IMG/VR virus record: IMGVR_UViG_3300035670_000008
Coordinates: 124,001 to 188,000 of that record
DNA: 64,000 nucleotides
Direction: 5' to 3' (one strand)
The notes beneath the pieces were generated by a model. That model saw only the letters and a program-made list of their open reading frames with translations. It did not search any database and was not told where the DNA came from. Shown one piece after another: positions 54,373 to 64,000 of this stretch (the stretch's first letter is position 1; the number at the start of each line of letters is the position of its first letter). Position numbers and translations under genes: made by a program.

Positions 54373-57300
54373 ATGGCTATCGATTACATCGACGCGGTTG
54401 GCGGTAGACTCTCTGTTAAGCTTGAGAGCTCGCACCTAAACGAGTCTGCCGGTAATATGTCTATCGGCGGTCAAGTCGAGCGCACTAAGGAAGACCCGTA
54501 TGGTGTCGTTTCCTACATGCACGATACGAACAGGCTGGCTCGCTTTGTAGACGGCCTGCGGGATATTGAAGTCATTCAGTTCGCAGCTCCGTTCAACAAC
54601 ATCCAACGTTCCGTTAGCCCCTCCCCAAATCCTTTAAGCAATATGCTGGAGGGGGCATACAACAGCGCGAAATGGATGCAGGCACTGTTCCCTTCAGAAG
54701 TCAGTATGTTAATGAAGACTAAACAACTGAAGTCTTTGGAGACTGACCTCACTAACTTTGACAGTACTGTCCAGAATCCTATTAAACTATACGAAGCGAG
54801 AGAAGCATTACTTAACAACCAGATTCAAGCCAAGTACCATAAGAACAAGGATGGATCTTTCCCGGAAGTTACCGGGGCACAACTAGACCGTCTGCAGCAC
54901 TCGAAGTTGTTAGAAGGTTTATACTCTAAGGAGAAACAAGCCCAACTACAAGCGGAGTTCAAAGAAAAAGGGTTTAACGTACAGGCCCCTACTGGAAAAG
55001 TACAAACAACCACAGCAATGTTTACCGATACCTCCTTTCTAGGGATATCGATTACAGGTTCTGGTGGAGCTTTAGGTAGCTACGAAGACTACACCTTAGG
55101 GTTTGAGAATCCGAATATCATTCGAGACTTAGCCTACTTTAGAGAAAACAAATCGACCATTGATTACTACGAGCGAGAGCCCGTCCCCGGCGTTACGATT
55201 ACAGGTAACCTCTCTATTTATAAGAAGCGGGTTGAAGCTTTAAGAGAAGCTAATGAGATTCAGCGCATCTTGGGGAAAGGTAAAGATGGATTGTTTGTCT
55301 ACGTCGCCTCCCCTTCTATGGACTGGAATGAGCAACCACGGGAGCATAACTACCGGGACACTATCCAGAGGAAGAACGTAGGTGCCTACATTAAGGAGCT
55401 GCAGAAAACTGGAACCCAGGGCATCTTAAGTTTAGGGATTGACAAGAAGCGGATTAACATCCCTGCTGGAGAGAAGACTAAACTTCTACAGAACGCTTAC
55501 ATTGGTGACTCTAGGTCTGGCCGGCGAGACCACGGAAACATGCAGTATATTAACTTGCGAGGTACACCGAAAGACCGGATTAGCAAAGAGGCTCAAGAGG
55601 AGCTAGCCCGTAAAGGTCTACTGGACAAGGCGGTCAAAGGTATCTCTACTTTATCCATCGGACAGTACCGGATTGTTGGGGACGAGTCGATTAACCAAGA
55701 GACGACCATCGATTTAAACAAAGTTAGTCCCGCGTATAGGGAGGCAGCAGAAGGTATTGCTCAAGGCAGCATCGGCGGGAAGAACTTCTACCAACTTAGG
55801 AAGGACGTAGCTAAGGAAGGTATTGCCGGCGCGCTGCTCCAAGAGTTTTACACTCCTACGTTTAGCGACCGGCAGAAGCGGGGCTGGGAGCAAGAAGGGT
55901 TGCTACCTAATATGCCGCTGTCTATGCCCGCCTCGTTCTTTAGATACTTCGAGCCGGGAACCAAAACCCGTATCTACACAGACCGCTTTAAAGCGCTAAC
56001 CGGTTACCGCCCAGAAGGTGCTCAGGGCTACGTTCTTCGTACTTTAGATGAAAAACTTAGCGACCCTGGGTTGGGCAACCAAATCAACTATATGTTCCGC
56101 CAGCGGGACTTGTACGAGGTGGGTAAAGGCGCGGTAGGAACATTAGCCGCGGGTGTAGGCCGGTTTATAGACACAGCCACTGGCTTCTACACTATGCAGA
56201 CTATTAAGGCTCGGGAGTCTGGGCAACTTAGCGGCTCGTTACGCAAGCTGTATGAATCTAGACAGCGAGACCCTTATGAACAGACTGAGAAGAGAGGCTT
56301 TTTCGAGAATCTTACTACTAAAGCTGTGGCTATCACTGGCTCTACTGCTACAGCTATGGCGTCTTACTTTGGGGTGACTCATGCTTATACGATGGCAAAA
56401 GCGGCGGTAGAGCAGGTTGGTGTGGACTATGTGCTTGACTCCATCGCCTCCGGGAAGGTCGGCGGAGCCAGTAAGTTATTTCTAGAACAACTCTTGGATG
56501 AATCTCATAGTAATTTGATTACCGGAGCTAACATCATTTATAACGCGGAGTCCGGTGCCCTCCGCACTATTGAGAACACAGGGAAGGCACTAGACGAGTA
56601 CTTTGACTTGTCGACTCGGTCTAGTCTAAAAGCGCTTCAATTAGACGACGAGCTGGTCGATGAAGTCGTTAAGGAGTCTGATTTCATTGGTGGGATTAGA
56701 GGAAAAGGGATAGCCGCGCCGACGGAGCAGCAAGCTGTGCTTAATCTCATTGGCGAGCTAGACACCTCTGCCGCAGCTAGAGATAACACCGTAGCCGGGT
56801 TGGTTACTAAGAAACTAGAAGCTCGGTTAGCTGAGTTTGCTAAGAGACCTGGCACTGCGACTGGGGCGAAGCCACCAGCAGGTGAAATCAGGGGTTGGGT
56901 AACCGAAATCTATAAAGAGCTAGGAATCCACCGCGATGCTGGAACTATTGACTTAGGGCGTGGGGTAGACCACCCAACCATTGCCGCTAGAGTCCAGCAA
57001 CCAGCGGGCTTCGTCAACATCGCCTCTGTCCGCCGTATGGATACTGGCAACCTCCATAATATGTTTATCCCTCTTCTGGACGAGGTTGTATTTGACAAAA
57101 ATAACCAGCAGTACCGAACAGCAAAAGAGAACTTACTCCGGCTGGCTAAGGCCTCACCGATACTGTCTTATAAACAAACCGCAAATAACTTATCAGCTGC
57201 TTCTGACCTTAAAATCTACAACTACGGCTACGAACGTATCCGACAACTAGCCGAGGTGTTTGACGAACTAGCAGAACAACTCCCGGCTAACCCGTTGATG

Positions 57301-60300
57301 TGGATTAAGCCTATTCGTCAAGTCTTCATGGCTAATCCACTAACTGGAGGTCAAACCCGACACAGCATCGAGGGTGGGGCGGAGACAACCTTAAGGTACA
57401 CCTTTAAAGATTTGATTGGTCCTGGCTTCACTGGGTTAATTAACCTCCAAGGACAGATTACCCGGGAGCTCGTTAATATTAACAAGGTAGGGTTAGGGAA
57501 GCACCTGGAAGGTGGGTTCGACCTTATTAAACAAAGCAAGGAGCTTGTTCAGTCACAGAGTCAGTTAGTCGCTATCATCCAACAGTCCAACTCTGCTCAA
57601 CAAGCAGTAGAGATGCTGGAAGGTTTTAACATAGGCGGCAATCTTACGGAACTTGGCGCCCGCAAAGAGTTTATCAGGAAGCAGAGTCGGTATGATGTCC
57701 TTCTCAGAGACCGCCGCCGGGACTACGAGGAGCTGTTAAAACAAGAGGGCGGCAATCCAGCCTTCAGTGGTTTAAGGAAAGGGTTGTTAGGTATCGGGAC
57801 GGTACTGTTAGTAGACCGGCTGTTTGACACGTTCGTAATGCGTCCACAGGGGGTAGACCTCTTTGACAGTATTCTGTCGGATGTAATTGGCAGCCGCTCA
57901 CCTGCAGTAGAAGGGCGAGAAGGAGACGCGGCCTTCCAATCGCTGTACGACACGGAATATAGTAACGCGTTGCCTAACATCGTTAAGTACCCGTCAGCTG
58001 CCGCAGGGTTCTTCATCGGTGGCCATATGTTCCCTAGCTACGAAGTAGCAGAGAGCAGTATCTACACAGCGATGCGCTCCAAGTATGGTGAGCTAGGTGA
58101 GGCAGCTCTGTCTGGTACTAAGTTCACGCTGCAAGCTGAGGGTGACCGGGCTATAGCACTAGGTATTAATAAGCAGATTATCAAAACTAAGTTCGGTACG
58201 GCTGGGGCACTTCTAGGGGCCAGTGCTGCCTTGATTGGGTCTCAGTTATTAGCTAACTACGTGGCAGATGTAGCTAAGCCCGCAGTCAGAGGGTTTGATA
58301 ATCTAGCCAGTTTAGCTACAGGTGTTTTCACTGGGCAATGGGGACGCTGGAGAGAGCCAGAAAGCGGGTTGGACGTTGACCCAGTGAAGGGCAGCGCCGC
58401 ATCTGTGTTAGCTAAGTTAGTTCACTACAGTGTTCGAGGCCAAGCCAAAGGTTATAGAAAAGGCGGGCTTGTTACTGCGGAGCAGAAGACAGATACCTAC
58501 TTGTTAGGGCTAACTGCTCAAAGCATGATGCAGTCAGACAGTAAGCCTCCTCAACTGTTTTACTCTTTTGCTACCCAGATTGCTTCTCCCTTCTTCCAGT
58601 TCGCTTCGGTAGGTAAAGTAGACCCGGCCAAGAACACTATCAATCTCAACGCGGGGCTTCAGTTATTCCCGTTGTTGGGCGCTGGTTTAATGCTCCCGTC
58701 TCCACTAACACCAAAGGTAACTTATACCTCAGCGTTACCGACGAGGATGGTTGCCAACTACCTCAAGAAGTACCACGAAGGCGTTCGTTATCGATACGAA
58801 CCGAACACCCTTGGGGAGATTCAAGAGCGGGAAGCTTTCCACCGGATGGAGGAGATTAATAAGCTGTCCTCAATGATGCTTGGTGGTGGAGTCAATCTTT
58901 CATTAGATACAAAGCCCTTAGTCTACCTAGCTATGTTAGGTGGGCTGCGAGACTTATCTGAATCCAGTCTCGCCGCGTTTGAGCAAATGCAGGTAAATAA
59001 CCGTGACCTGTCCCCAGATAAAGCGACTAAACTTTATAAAGAGTTGTCGAACTACGAGACATTATTCCATGCCGGCAGAACTGGGTTTAACGTATTAGAC
59101 ACGATGTCTCGGGCGGCTTACTCCCTCCCGATGGTGATGCCGAACTACCTAGTTAAGTCGGCGACTACACTACTTGGTGGCGCAGGACGTACCCAACATA
59201 TCCTCGGCCCTATGGCCCGCCGAGCTAGCCCTTACCTCTTGGCTTTCGGTATCTTGGGGGCTTCGTTCCGCTTCAACGATAAAGCAATGGAATCGGAGCT
59301 GGTAACCTACGCAGACCTCCAGAAGCTCTTCAAGACGGGACAGTACGAAGGGCTCAACCAAAAACTGATTGAGTCTCAAGGCATTAATCTTACCCAGACC
59401 GTAATTGGTTCTGCTTTATTAGGAGCTGCTATTTCCTCCTCTGGAGCCTTTGAGTCTGTCAGGAACTTTGGAGCTGCCTACGACCGGGTTCAGAAAATAA
59501 CTGAGCAAGGAGGCCGGGCAGGATACATTGACCGCCAGAAACATAAGCTGTATAGCATGTGGATGGAACACCTAGCTGAGAAGGGCACCGTTGGGCTACC
59601 CCTCGAGAGCGGGGTGGATTTAGTTATTGAGAGTATCAACACCCCATCGAAAGCTAGTGAGGCCTACGAGCAGATTTCTCGTAGACTGGTCGAGCCTGCC
59701 GAAGCAACCTTACAAACGCGACTCAGAGACCGTCAGTTAATTGAAGCCGCCCGGGAGATTGATATTCCTTTGGTTCGGACGATGCCAACTCGGTTAGGAA
59801 TGTTAGCTCGACGAGTAGCTCCACTTGTGGTGGGCGCGATGGTAGTTAGCCAGATGTTGGCTACGACGGATGGGTTTAAGCAGTCGCCTTGGATGTCTCT
59901 CATAAGAAACTTGACTGATACTGGTGCTGGTGATTTGTCAGCTGAGCAACGAGCGATGCTTACTAAGCTAGGTATTAAGGAGCCGAAGTACCGACCCAAA
60001 GATTTAGGTCAAAGCTTCCGTAACATAGCGGATTATCTGGTCGGTGCTGCGATGACCCCCTTTGGAGGTAACACCTTTGGGCTCTACCAAGACAATCCAA
60101 ACCCATTCAGCCCTATCCTAGGCCCGCTCGGGGTGTCTCTTGGTAGCCAGGATGACGTCCGTCCTTACCTTCAGTCTCAGTCGGTAGCCGCGGATATTAG
60201 TGGTTCGCTTTATCTCTTACCTGCAATGAGCGCTGGCATCTCAGAGGCGATGAACTTAGGGCCTCTGCTTAAGTATGCAGGTCAGCTAGAAACCCATCCA

Positions 60301-63300
60301 AAGGGGTCTCAGATTGCGAGAGCCCTTATTCGTGGTGCTGGATTAAGGACGAGAGCAGCTAAGTTCAAGGGCGGGCCTAGTCAACGGGAGATGCGAGCTG
60401 CGTCTAGTCCTGAGCTGCAAATGGCTTTGGTAAGGCGCTACGACCGACTGCGTCAACTCAGCTGGCAGACGGCTGGAGAACATCAATGGGATGTTCTAGC
60501 TGAGTTCCATCGGGCAGGTCGGATACTAGGCAATAATCAGAGGGGGACGATTCCAGGTGCTGAGATGAATGCGACTCGCCCGGCAACGACTATGATTTAC
60601 GACACGCTGGGTAAACTTCATCTGATACCGGTACTGAATGACGGCACCTTCATTACACCAAGAAAGAACACGGAAACAGAGCTGCTGAAGTTCTTTAGGA
60701 ACCTGATGTCTAGTGGCGCTGGTTATGGCCAAGGAGCAGCTGCGGACTTCTCTGCTGACGTGACAGACACCCTCATCCGCCGCAGTCAAGACCGTGGCGG
60801 CGTGCCTGTACTAAGTTTCTTTAGTGGGCTATTCCAATATGCCTTTAATAGCTTCTATGATAAGAATACTGAAGAGATAGCGGCAGACTCTAATAACGTT
60901 ATCGGGGCGGGCCTCATGGCCGGGGCGGCAATTGCCTTAGGTGCTTCGTTTGTTGGTACGACGTTCGCTACAGGTATACAACTTGTCGGTGCGTTAGCGG
61001 CGTTATCAGACCAAGGAAATATTAGTGACGTTCGCTCCAGCATTCGAGACCTCCGCCAAGGTGTTAAGAAGCGCCTCCGAAGAAGTACATTCTACATTGA
61101 CCAAACAAACGACCGACTGGTTAGACCAGACGGGCATAATCGCATTCGTGCTTTGAAAGACCACAATCTAACCGACGAGGCAGTAGAGCAGATTAACCAA
61201 GCACTGACCGGGCAAGGTCGCTACGGCGGTTACAGCCCGGGTAACGCTTTAGAGACTATTATCGACGCAGACTTACGTACGACGGCTAGCAAACTCGTTA
61301 ACACTTATCATACAGGCGGCGGGCAGACCATCTCTACCACAGTGGTAGAAGAGGTTGACGCTCTAATTAAATCTCTAGATACTCAACTGACAGTGGTTGT
61401 TGGAGGGCAGCAAATTCATGTCGGAGATTTGCTAACCCCGACTGTAGCCGCGGAGGGAGCTACAGAAGCCGTCGTGGCTCACTCGGTTGTTAAAGATAAA
61501 GCTCGGTTGAGCACCGAAATCTATGAGGTACTCACCAGTGGTAAATTCAAGGACACCCAACAACTAGAGATAGAACGTATTCTCCTCGACCATATCGATC
61601 GGGGTCTCGCTGTGACGACCGCAGATGGTCGTTTTGAAGCCGCTCAAGCTACACCCAATGCGTATCAACCGGAGGCTGCAGTTAGAGCTGAACAACAAGC
61701 CGCGGCCAAGAAAGCTGCGGAACAAGGCGTTCAAACTGTAGAAGCTTATGACCCCTCCGTTGGTTATTTACGCTCGAAGATACAAGCCAAGGGTTATAGC
61801 GGATTAATGGCTGAAGGGGCAGCTGGGGCTATGCGGGCAGCTGGGGAACTAATTAACCTTAAAGCTTACTACGAAATATTATCCTACACAGCTGCTATGG
61901 GCTCGTCTGACGTCTTCGACCGCAGACGATCGACTCAGGCAGCAGCCCAGAACACGATTCAAGCTTTTGGGATGATTATCCCAATGCAGTATGCTCTTAA
62001 AGCCGCTCAAGCAAGTCCTGGGGTGGCTATCACAGCTGCGCTAACCGCTGCGGTAATTGGTGGGGCTGCTTTAGGGAATAAGCAGGTAAGAGATACTTTA
62101 GGGAATATATTCAAGCCGGTCTTTAGCTTCGGGGATAAGTATGTTTATAAGCCAGCGGTTCAAGGTTTAGCTGGTATATACGACGCGGTAACCACAGCAG
62201 CGCCTTTCATCCCTCAAGTCTTGAGACCTATCGCGGCGGTCTTCGATCCTATCTTCAGCAATATGCGGTCGGCTGCTGGTAACGACCCAGCCTTAAGTAT
62301 GTTGGCTAACTTCTTTGTGCCTGAGGGTGTCGAGCAGTTCTACCAGCGTAATGCTGAAATAAAAGGTCGAACTACGCCGTGGGGAGAAGCGCAGGAGTTT
62401 TATTCCAATAAAGAGCTCGGTCAATACTACTTGTCTAAAATGGCGTCTAGGCGGCGGAGAGGGCGTTCTATTAATGCAGGTATAGACAGCGACCTACTCC
62501 ACCCCTTCATGCAAGGTAAGCAGGTAGATATTCAGTATATGAATATCTTTGCTGACCGGTATCTCGGCGGTGATGGCCGAATTATGGAGCAGTTCCAAAC
62601 CGACCGCCAGATGAGCAACCTACTGTTAATGGCGATCCAACGGCGTCAAGGAATGATCGACCAGTATGCTGAAGGCTCTTATATGCGGAAGCCTTACACC
62701 AAAGAGAATGTTCATCATTACTTCTCTACTGCTTTAGCTTTGTCCAAGTTTAGCTACGCTCAGACGGGAAGCTTTATTGAAGCTCCAATTAACCAAGCGG
62801 CACGAGGTATAGGTACAACTCTCGGAGCACTCCAGTATGTTAGCGAGTTAATCCCATCAGAGGTTGGCACAAAGATTAAGCAGGGTACTGTTGGGGCAGG
62901 TATCGGCTTTATGGTAGGTGCGCAGTTGAGCCATCTTGGTAAGGACGAGGGTGAGCGCCGTCAGTACGCAGCAATTGGAGGTTCTGTTGGCGCCACAGTC
63001 GGAGGAGCCGGTTCTGTTATCTTGGCACCATCTGCCCAACATCTTGCTCGTCGGGCTTTCGTCGCGCTTAAGAAAGACAAGACTGTTAGAGCGATCGCTG
63101 GTGGTGTAGCGACAGGCGCTAAGTATCTAACTAAGCAAGCTGGTAACGCATTAGGTATGGCAGGGAGATGGTTAAATAAAGCTGCTCCTTACCTTACGTT
63201 TGGTGCGTTGACAACAGCGGCTGTGTACACCAACTATGACTTCCTAGCCAATCTGGTGGATGGGGATGACCGACATAAAAAAGGTCCACTTTATAATCCT

Positions 63301-64000
63301 CTACTGAAGATGGGTGTATCTGCCGGCGTAGGCGCTACAACTACCTTACTCGGATTTACCGCAGTACTTGGTAAGAACAGTAATATCTTAGCTAGCCGGT
63401 TAGGTAAAGCTACCGGTGGGGTCTTCCGAGCCGGCGGCAAAGGCGCTAACGTTTTGCTTCTAACGGGTCTAACTAACTTCTTACTGACAAATAACGTTAC
63501 TGGCGCGTTACCTAAAACGGCTCTCCGGTCAGCTTACACCGCTTTGAACATTGGAAGAGAAGAAGACTTTGAGAACTACTACTCTAGCGGGGCTGCTGCC
63601 GCTTCTTTGGTTACTGGTGTAGTTACGCCCCCGGTCACTAATTGGATACATGGAAATTATAAGAGACAACTAACCGGTCTTTTAACGCCGGAGCTCAACA
63701 CGATAGGCCCAGCTTCAGCTATACCAGTAGATGAGTCTCAACGAGCTATGGCATTGGTAACTAAACTTCAAGGAGACTTAGACTTCGTTGAAGGGCGAAC
63801 CTCCATGAAACCGGTGAACACCACGGCTAAGATGGCGCGGTTGTTGGGCATTGCGGAAGACGCAGTTGTACAGACTAATTTAGAGGAAGAGTATCTTAAC
63901 GTTTTAAGTAATAAACAGTTAGCACTACGCCATGCTAGAAGTTTAGTAGACGCCAATCTCCAACATGGTTTTATCCACGAGGGACTGCGCTCTATTCGCG
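54373..64000 (+). CDS. Giant protein, partial (>3209 aa), with many Gly/Ala-rich hydrophobic segments; candidate ejection/channel or tape-measure protein
   Basis: Absent from the ORF track because no stop falls in the window. I read frame +1 from ATG 54373 (MAIDYIDAVGGRLSVK...) to base 64000 and found no stop. Hydrophobic segments include AGALLGASAALIGSQLLA (~58201), IGAGLMAGAAIALGASFVG (~60901), VAITAALTAAVIGGAALG (~62025) and TVGAGIGFMVGA (~62887). Confidence 0.85.
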   Translation, partial: MAIDYIDAVGGRLSVKLESSHLNESAGNMSIGGQVERTKEDPYGVVSYMHDTNRLARFVDGLRDIEVIQFAAPFNNIQRSVSPSPNPLSNMLEGAYNSAKWMQALFPSEVSMLMKTKQLKSLETDLTNFDSTVQNPIKLYEAREALLNNQIQAKYHKNKDGSFPEVTGAQLDRLQHSKLLEGLYSKEKQAQLQAEFKEKGFNVQAPTGKVQTTTAMFTDTSFLGISITGSGGALGSYEDYTLGFENPNIIRDLAYFRENKSTIDYYEREPVPGVTITGNLSIYKKRVEALREANEIQRILGKGKDGLFVYVASPSMDWNEQPREHNYRDTIQRKNVGAYIKELQKTGTQGILSLGIDKKRINIPAGEKTKLLQNAYIGDSRSGRRDHGNMQYINLRGTPKDRISKEAQEELARKGLLDKAVKGISTLSIGQYRIVGDESINQETTIDLNKVSPAYREAAEGIAQGSIGGKNFYQLRKDVAKEGIAGALLQEFYTPTFSDRQKRGWEQEGLLPNMPLSMPASFFRYFEPGTKTRIYTDRFKALTGYRPEGAQGYVLRTLDEKLSDPGLGNQINYMFRQRDLYEVGKGAVGTLAAGVGRFIDTATGFYTMQTIKARESGQLSGSLRKLYESRQRDPYEQTEKRGFFENLTTKAVAITGSTATAMASYFGVTHAYTMAKAAVEQVGVDYVLDSIASGKVGGASKLFLEQLLDESHSNLITGANIIYNAESGALRTIENTGKALDEYFDLSTRSSLKALQLDDELVDEVVKESDFIGGIRGKGIAAPTEQQAVLNLIGELDTSAAARDNTVAGLVTKKLEARLAEFAKRPGTATGAKPPAGEIRGWVTEIYKELGIHRDAGTIDLGRGVDHPTIAARVQQPAGFVNIASVRRMDTGNLHNMFIPLLDEVVFDKNNQQYRTAKENLLRLAKASPILSYKQTANNLSAASDLKIYNYGYERIRQLAEVFDELAEQLPANPLMWIKPIRQVFMANPLTGGQTRHSIEGGAETTLRYTFKDLIGPGFTGLINLQGQITRELVNINKVGLGKHLEGGFDLIKQSKELVQSQSQLVAIIQQSNSAQQAVEMLEGFNIGGNLTELGARKEFIRKQSRYDVLLRDRRRDYEELLKQEGGNPAFSGLRKGLLGIGTVLLVDRLFDTFVMRPQGVDLFDSILSDVIGSRSPAVEGREGDAAFQSLYDTEYSNALPNIVKYPSAAAGFFIGGHMFPSYEVAESSIYTAMRSKYGELGEAALSGTKFTLQAEGDRAIALGINKQIIKTKFGTAGALLGASAALIGSQLLANYVADVAKPAVRGFDNLASLATGVFTGQWGRWREPESGLDVDPVKGSAASVLAKLVHYSVRGQAKGYRKGGLVTAEQKTDTYLLGLTAQSMMQSDSKPPQLFYSFATQIASPFFQFASVGKVDPAKNTINLNAGLQLFPLLGAGLMLPSPLTPKVTYTSALPTRMVANYLKKYHEGVRYRYEPNTLGEIQEREAFHRMEEINKLSSMMLGGGVNLSLDTKPLVYLAMLGGLRDLSESSLAAFEQMQVNNRDLSPDKATKLYKELSNYETLFHAGRTGFNVLDTMSRAAYSLPMVMPNYLVKSATTLLGGAGRTQHILGPMARRASPYLLAFGILGASFRFNDKAMESELVTYADLQKLFKTGQYEGLNQKLIESQGINLTQTVIGSALLGAAISSSGAFESVRNFGAAYDRVQKITEQGGRAGYIDRQKHKLYSMWMEHLAEKGTVGLPLESGVDLVIESINTPSKASEAYEQISRRLVEPAEATLQTRLRDRQLIEAAREIDIPLVRTMPTRLGMLARRVAPLVVGAMVVSQMLATTDGFKQSPWMSLIRNLTDTGAGDLSAEQRAMLTKLGIKEPKYRPKDLGQSFRNIADYLVGAAMTPFGGNTFGLYQDNPNPFSPILGPLGVSLGSQDDVRPYLQSQSVAADISGSLYLLPAMSAGISEAMNLGPLLKYAGQLETHPKGSQIARALIRGAGLRTRAAKFKGGPSQREMRAASSPELQMALVRRYDRLRQLSWQTAGEHQWDVLAEFHRAGRILGNNQRGTIPGAEMNATRPATTMIYDTLGKLHLIPVLNDGTFITPRKNTETELLKFFRNLMSSGAGYGQGAAADFSADVTDTLIRRSQDRGGVPVLSFFSGLFQYAFNSFYDKNTEEIAADSNNVIGAGLMAGAAIALGASFVGTTFATGIQLVGALAALSDQGNISDVRSSIRDLRQGVKKRLRRSTFYIDQTNDRLVRPDGHNRIRALKDHNLTDEAVEQINQALTGQGRYGGYSPGNALETIIDADLRTTASKLVNTYHTGGGQTISTTVVEEVDALIKSLDTQLTVVVGGQQIHVGDLLTPTVAAEGATEAVVAHSVVKDKARLSTEIYEVLTSGKFKDTQQLEIERILLDHIDRGLAVTTADGRFEAAQATPNAYQPEAAVRAEQQAAAKKAAEQGVQTVEAYDPSVGYLRSKIQAKGYSGLMAEGAAGAMRAAGELINLKAYYEILSYTAAMGSSDVFDRRRSTQAAAQNTIQAFGMIIPMQYALKAAQASPGVAITAALTAAVIGGAALGNKQVRDTLGNIFKPVFSFGDKYVYKPAVQGLAGIYDAVTTAAPFIPQVLRPIAAVFDPIFSNMRSAAGNDPALSMLANFFVPEGVEQFYQRNAEIKGRTTPWGEAQEFYSNKELGQYYLSKMASRRRRGRSINAGIDSDLLHPFMQGKQVDIQYMNIFADRYLGGDGRIMEQFQTDRQMSNLLLMAIQRRQGMIDQYAEGSYMRKPYTKENVHHYFSTALALSKFSYAQTGSFIEAPINQAARGIGTTLGALQYVSELIPSEVGTKIKQGTVGAGIGFMVGAQLSHLGKDEGERRQYAAIGGSVGATVGGAGSVILAPSAQHLARRAFVALKKDKTVRAIAGGVATGAKYLTKQAGNALGMAGRWLNKAAPYLTFGALTTAAVYTNYDFLANLVDGDDRHKKGPLYNPLLKMGVSAGVGATTTLLGFTAVLGKNSNILASRLGKATGGVFRAGGKGANVLLLTGLTNFLLTNNVTGALPKTALRSAYTALNIGREEDFENYYSSGAAAASLVTGVVTPPVTNWIHGNYKRQLTGLLTPELNTIGPASAIPVDESQRAMALVTKLQGDLDFVEGRTSMKPVNTTAKMARLLGIAEDAVVQTNLEEEYLNVLSNKQLALRHARSLVDANLQHGFIHEGLRSIR

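Noticed and set aside
63091-63098. HIP1 octamer GCGATCGC as evidence of a cyanobacterial host
   Set aside because: I noticed only one copy, which is the chance expectation. It carries no host information.
1-64000. Stop-codon reassignment, suggested by abundant CTAG/TAG words
   Set aside because: Genes are very long and tightly packed under the standard bacterial code, and TAG ends the capsid, sheath and tube genes at sensible positions.
1-64000. tRNA, rRNA, integrase or transposase genes
   Set aside because: No intergenic space or motif supports them. The longest gaps are about 100-160 nt and are otherwise explained.

Overview
The whole window is the virion-morphogenesis region of a large contractile-tailed dsDNA phage or prophage (myovirus-like). 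The host cannot be determined from this window. A + strand block (18981-64000) encodes, in order: portal, Mu-I-like protease/scaffold, major capsid protein, neck proteins, an oversized tail sheath, tail tube, baseplate hub/spike/W/J/I-like proteins, a collagen tail fibre with a lectin-like tip, large terminase, and an unlisted ORF of more than 3200 codons (54373 to the window end) rich in Gly/Ala hydrophobic segments. A divergent - strand block (18889 to 1) encodes a duplicated tail-assembly chaperone with a likely -1 frameshift, a 5112-aa protein in the tape-measure position, and baseplate/tube-initiator-like genes. The main result concerns the 5112-aa protein. By manual motif reading it carries an N-terminal two-HxK phospholipase-D-family domain and a fairly complete set of two-barrel (beta/beta'-like) RNA polymerase motifs, including GDYDGD at aa 3816-3820. 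It therefore looks like a PLD + virion RNA polymerase + tape-measure fusion, here in a contractile-tailed phage. Other notable signals are a small ORF that re-encodes the capsid C-terminus with synonymous codon changes, a highly iterated GTAGCTAC palindrome, and apparent GATC depletion. All family assignments come from motif recognition by eye, not from database searches.
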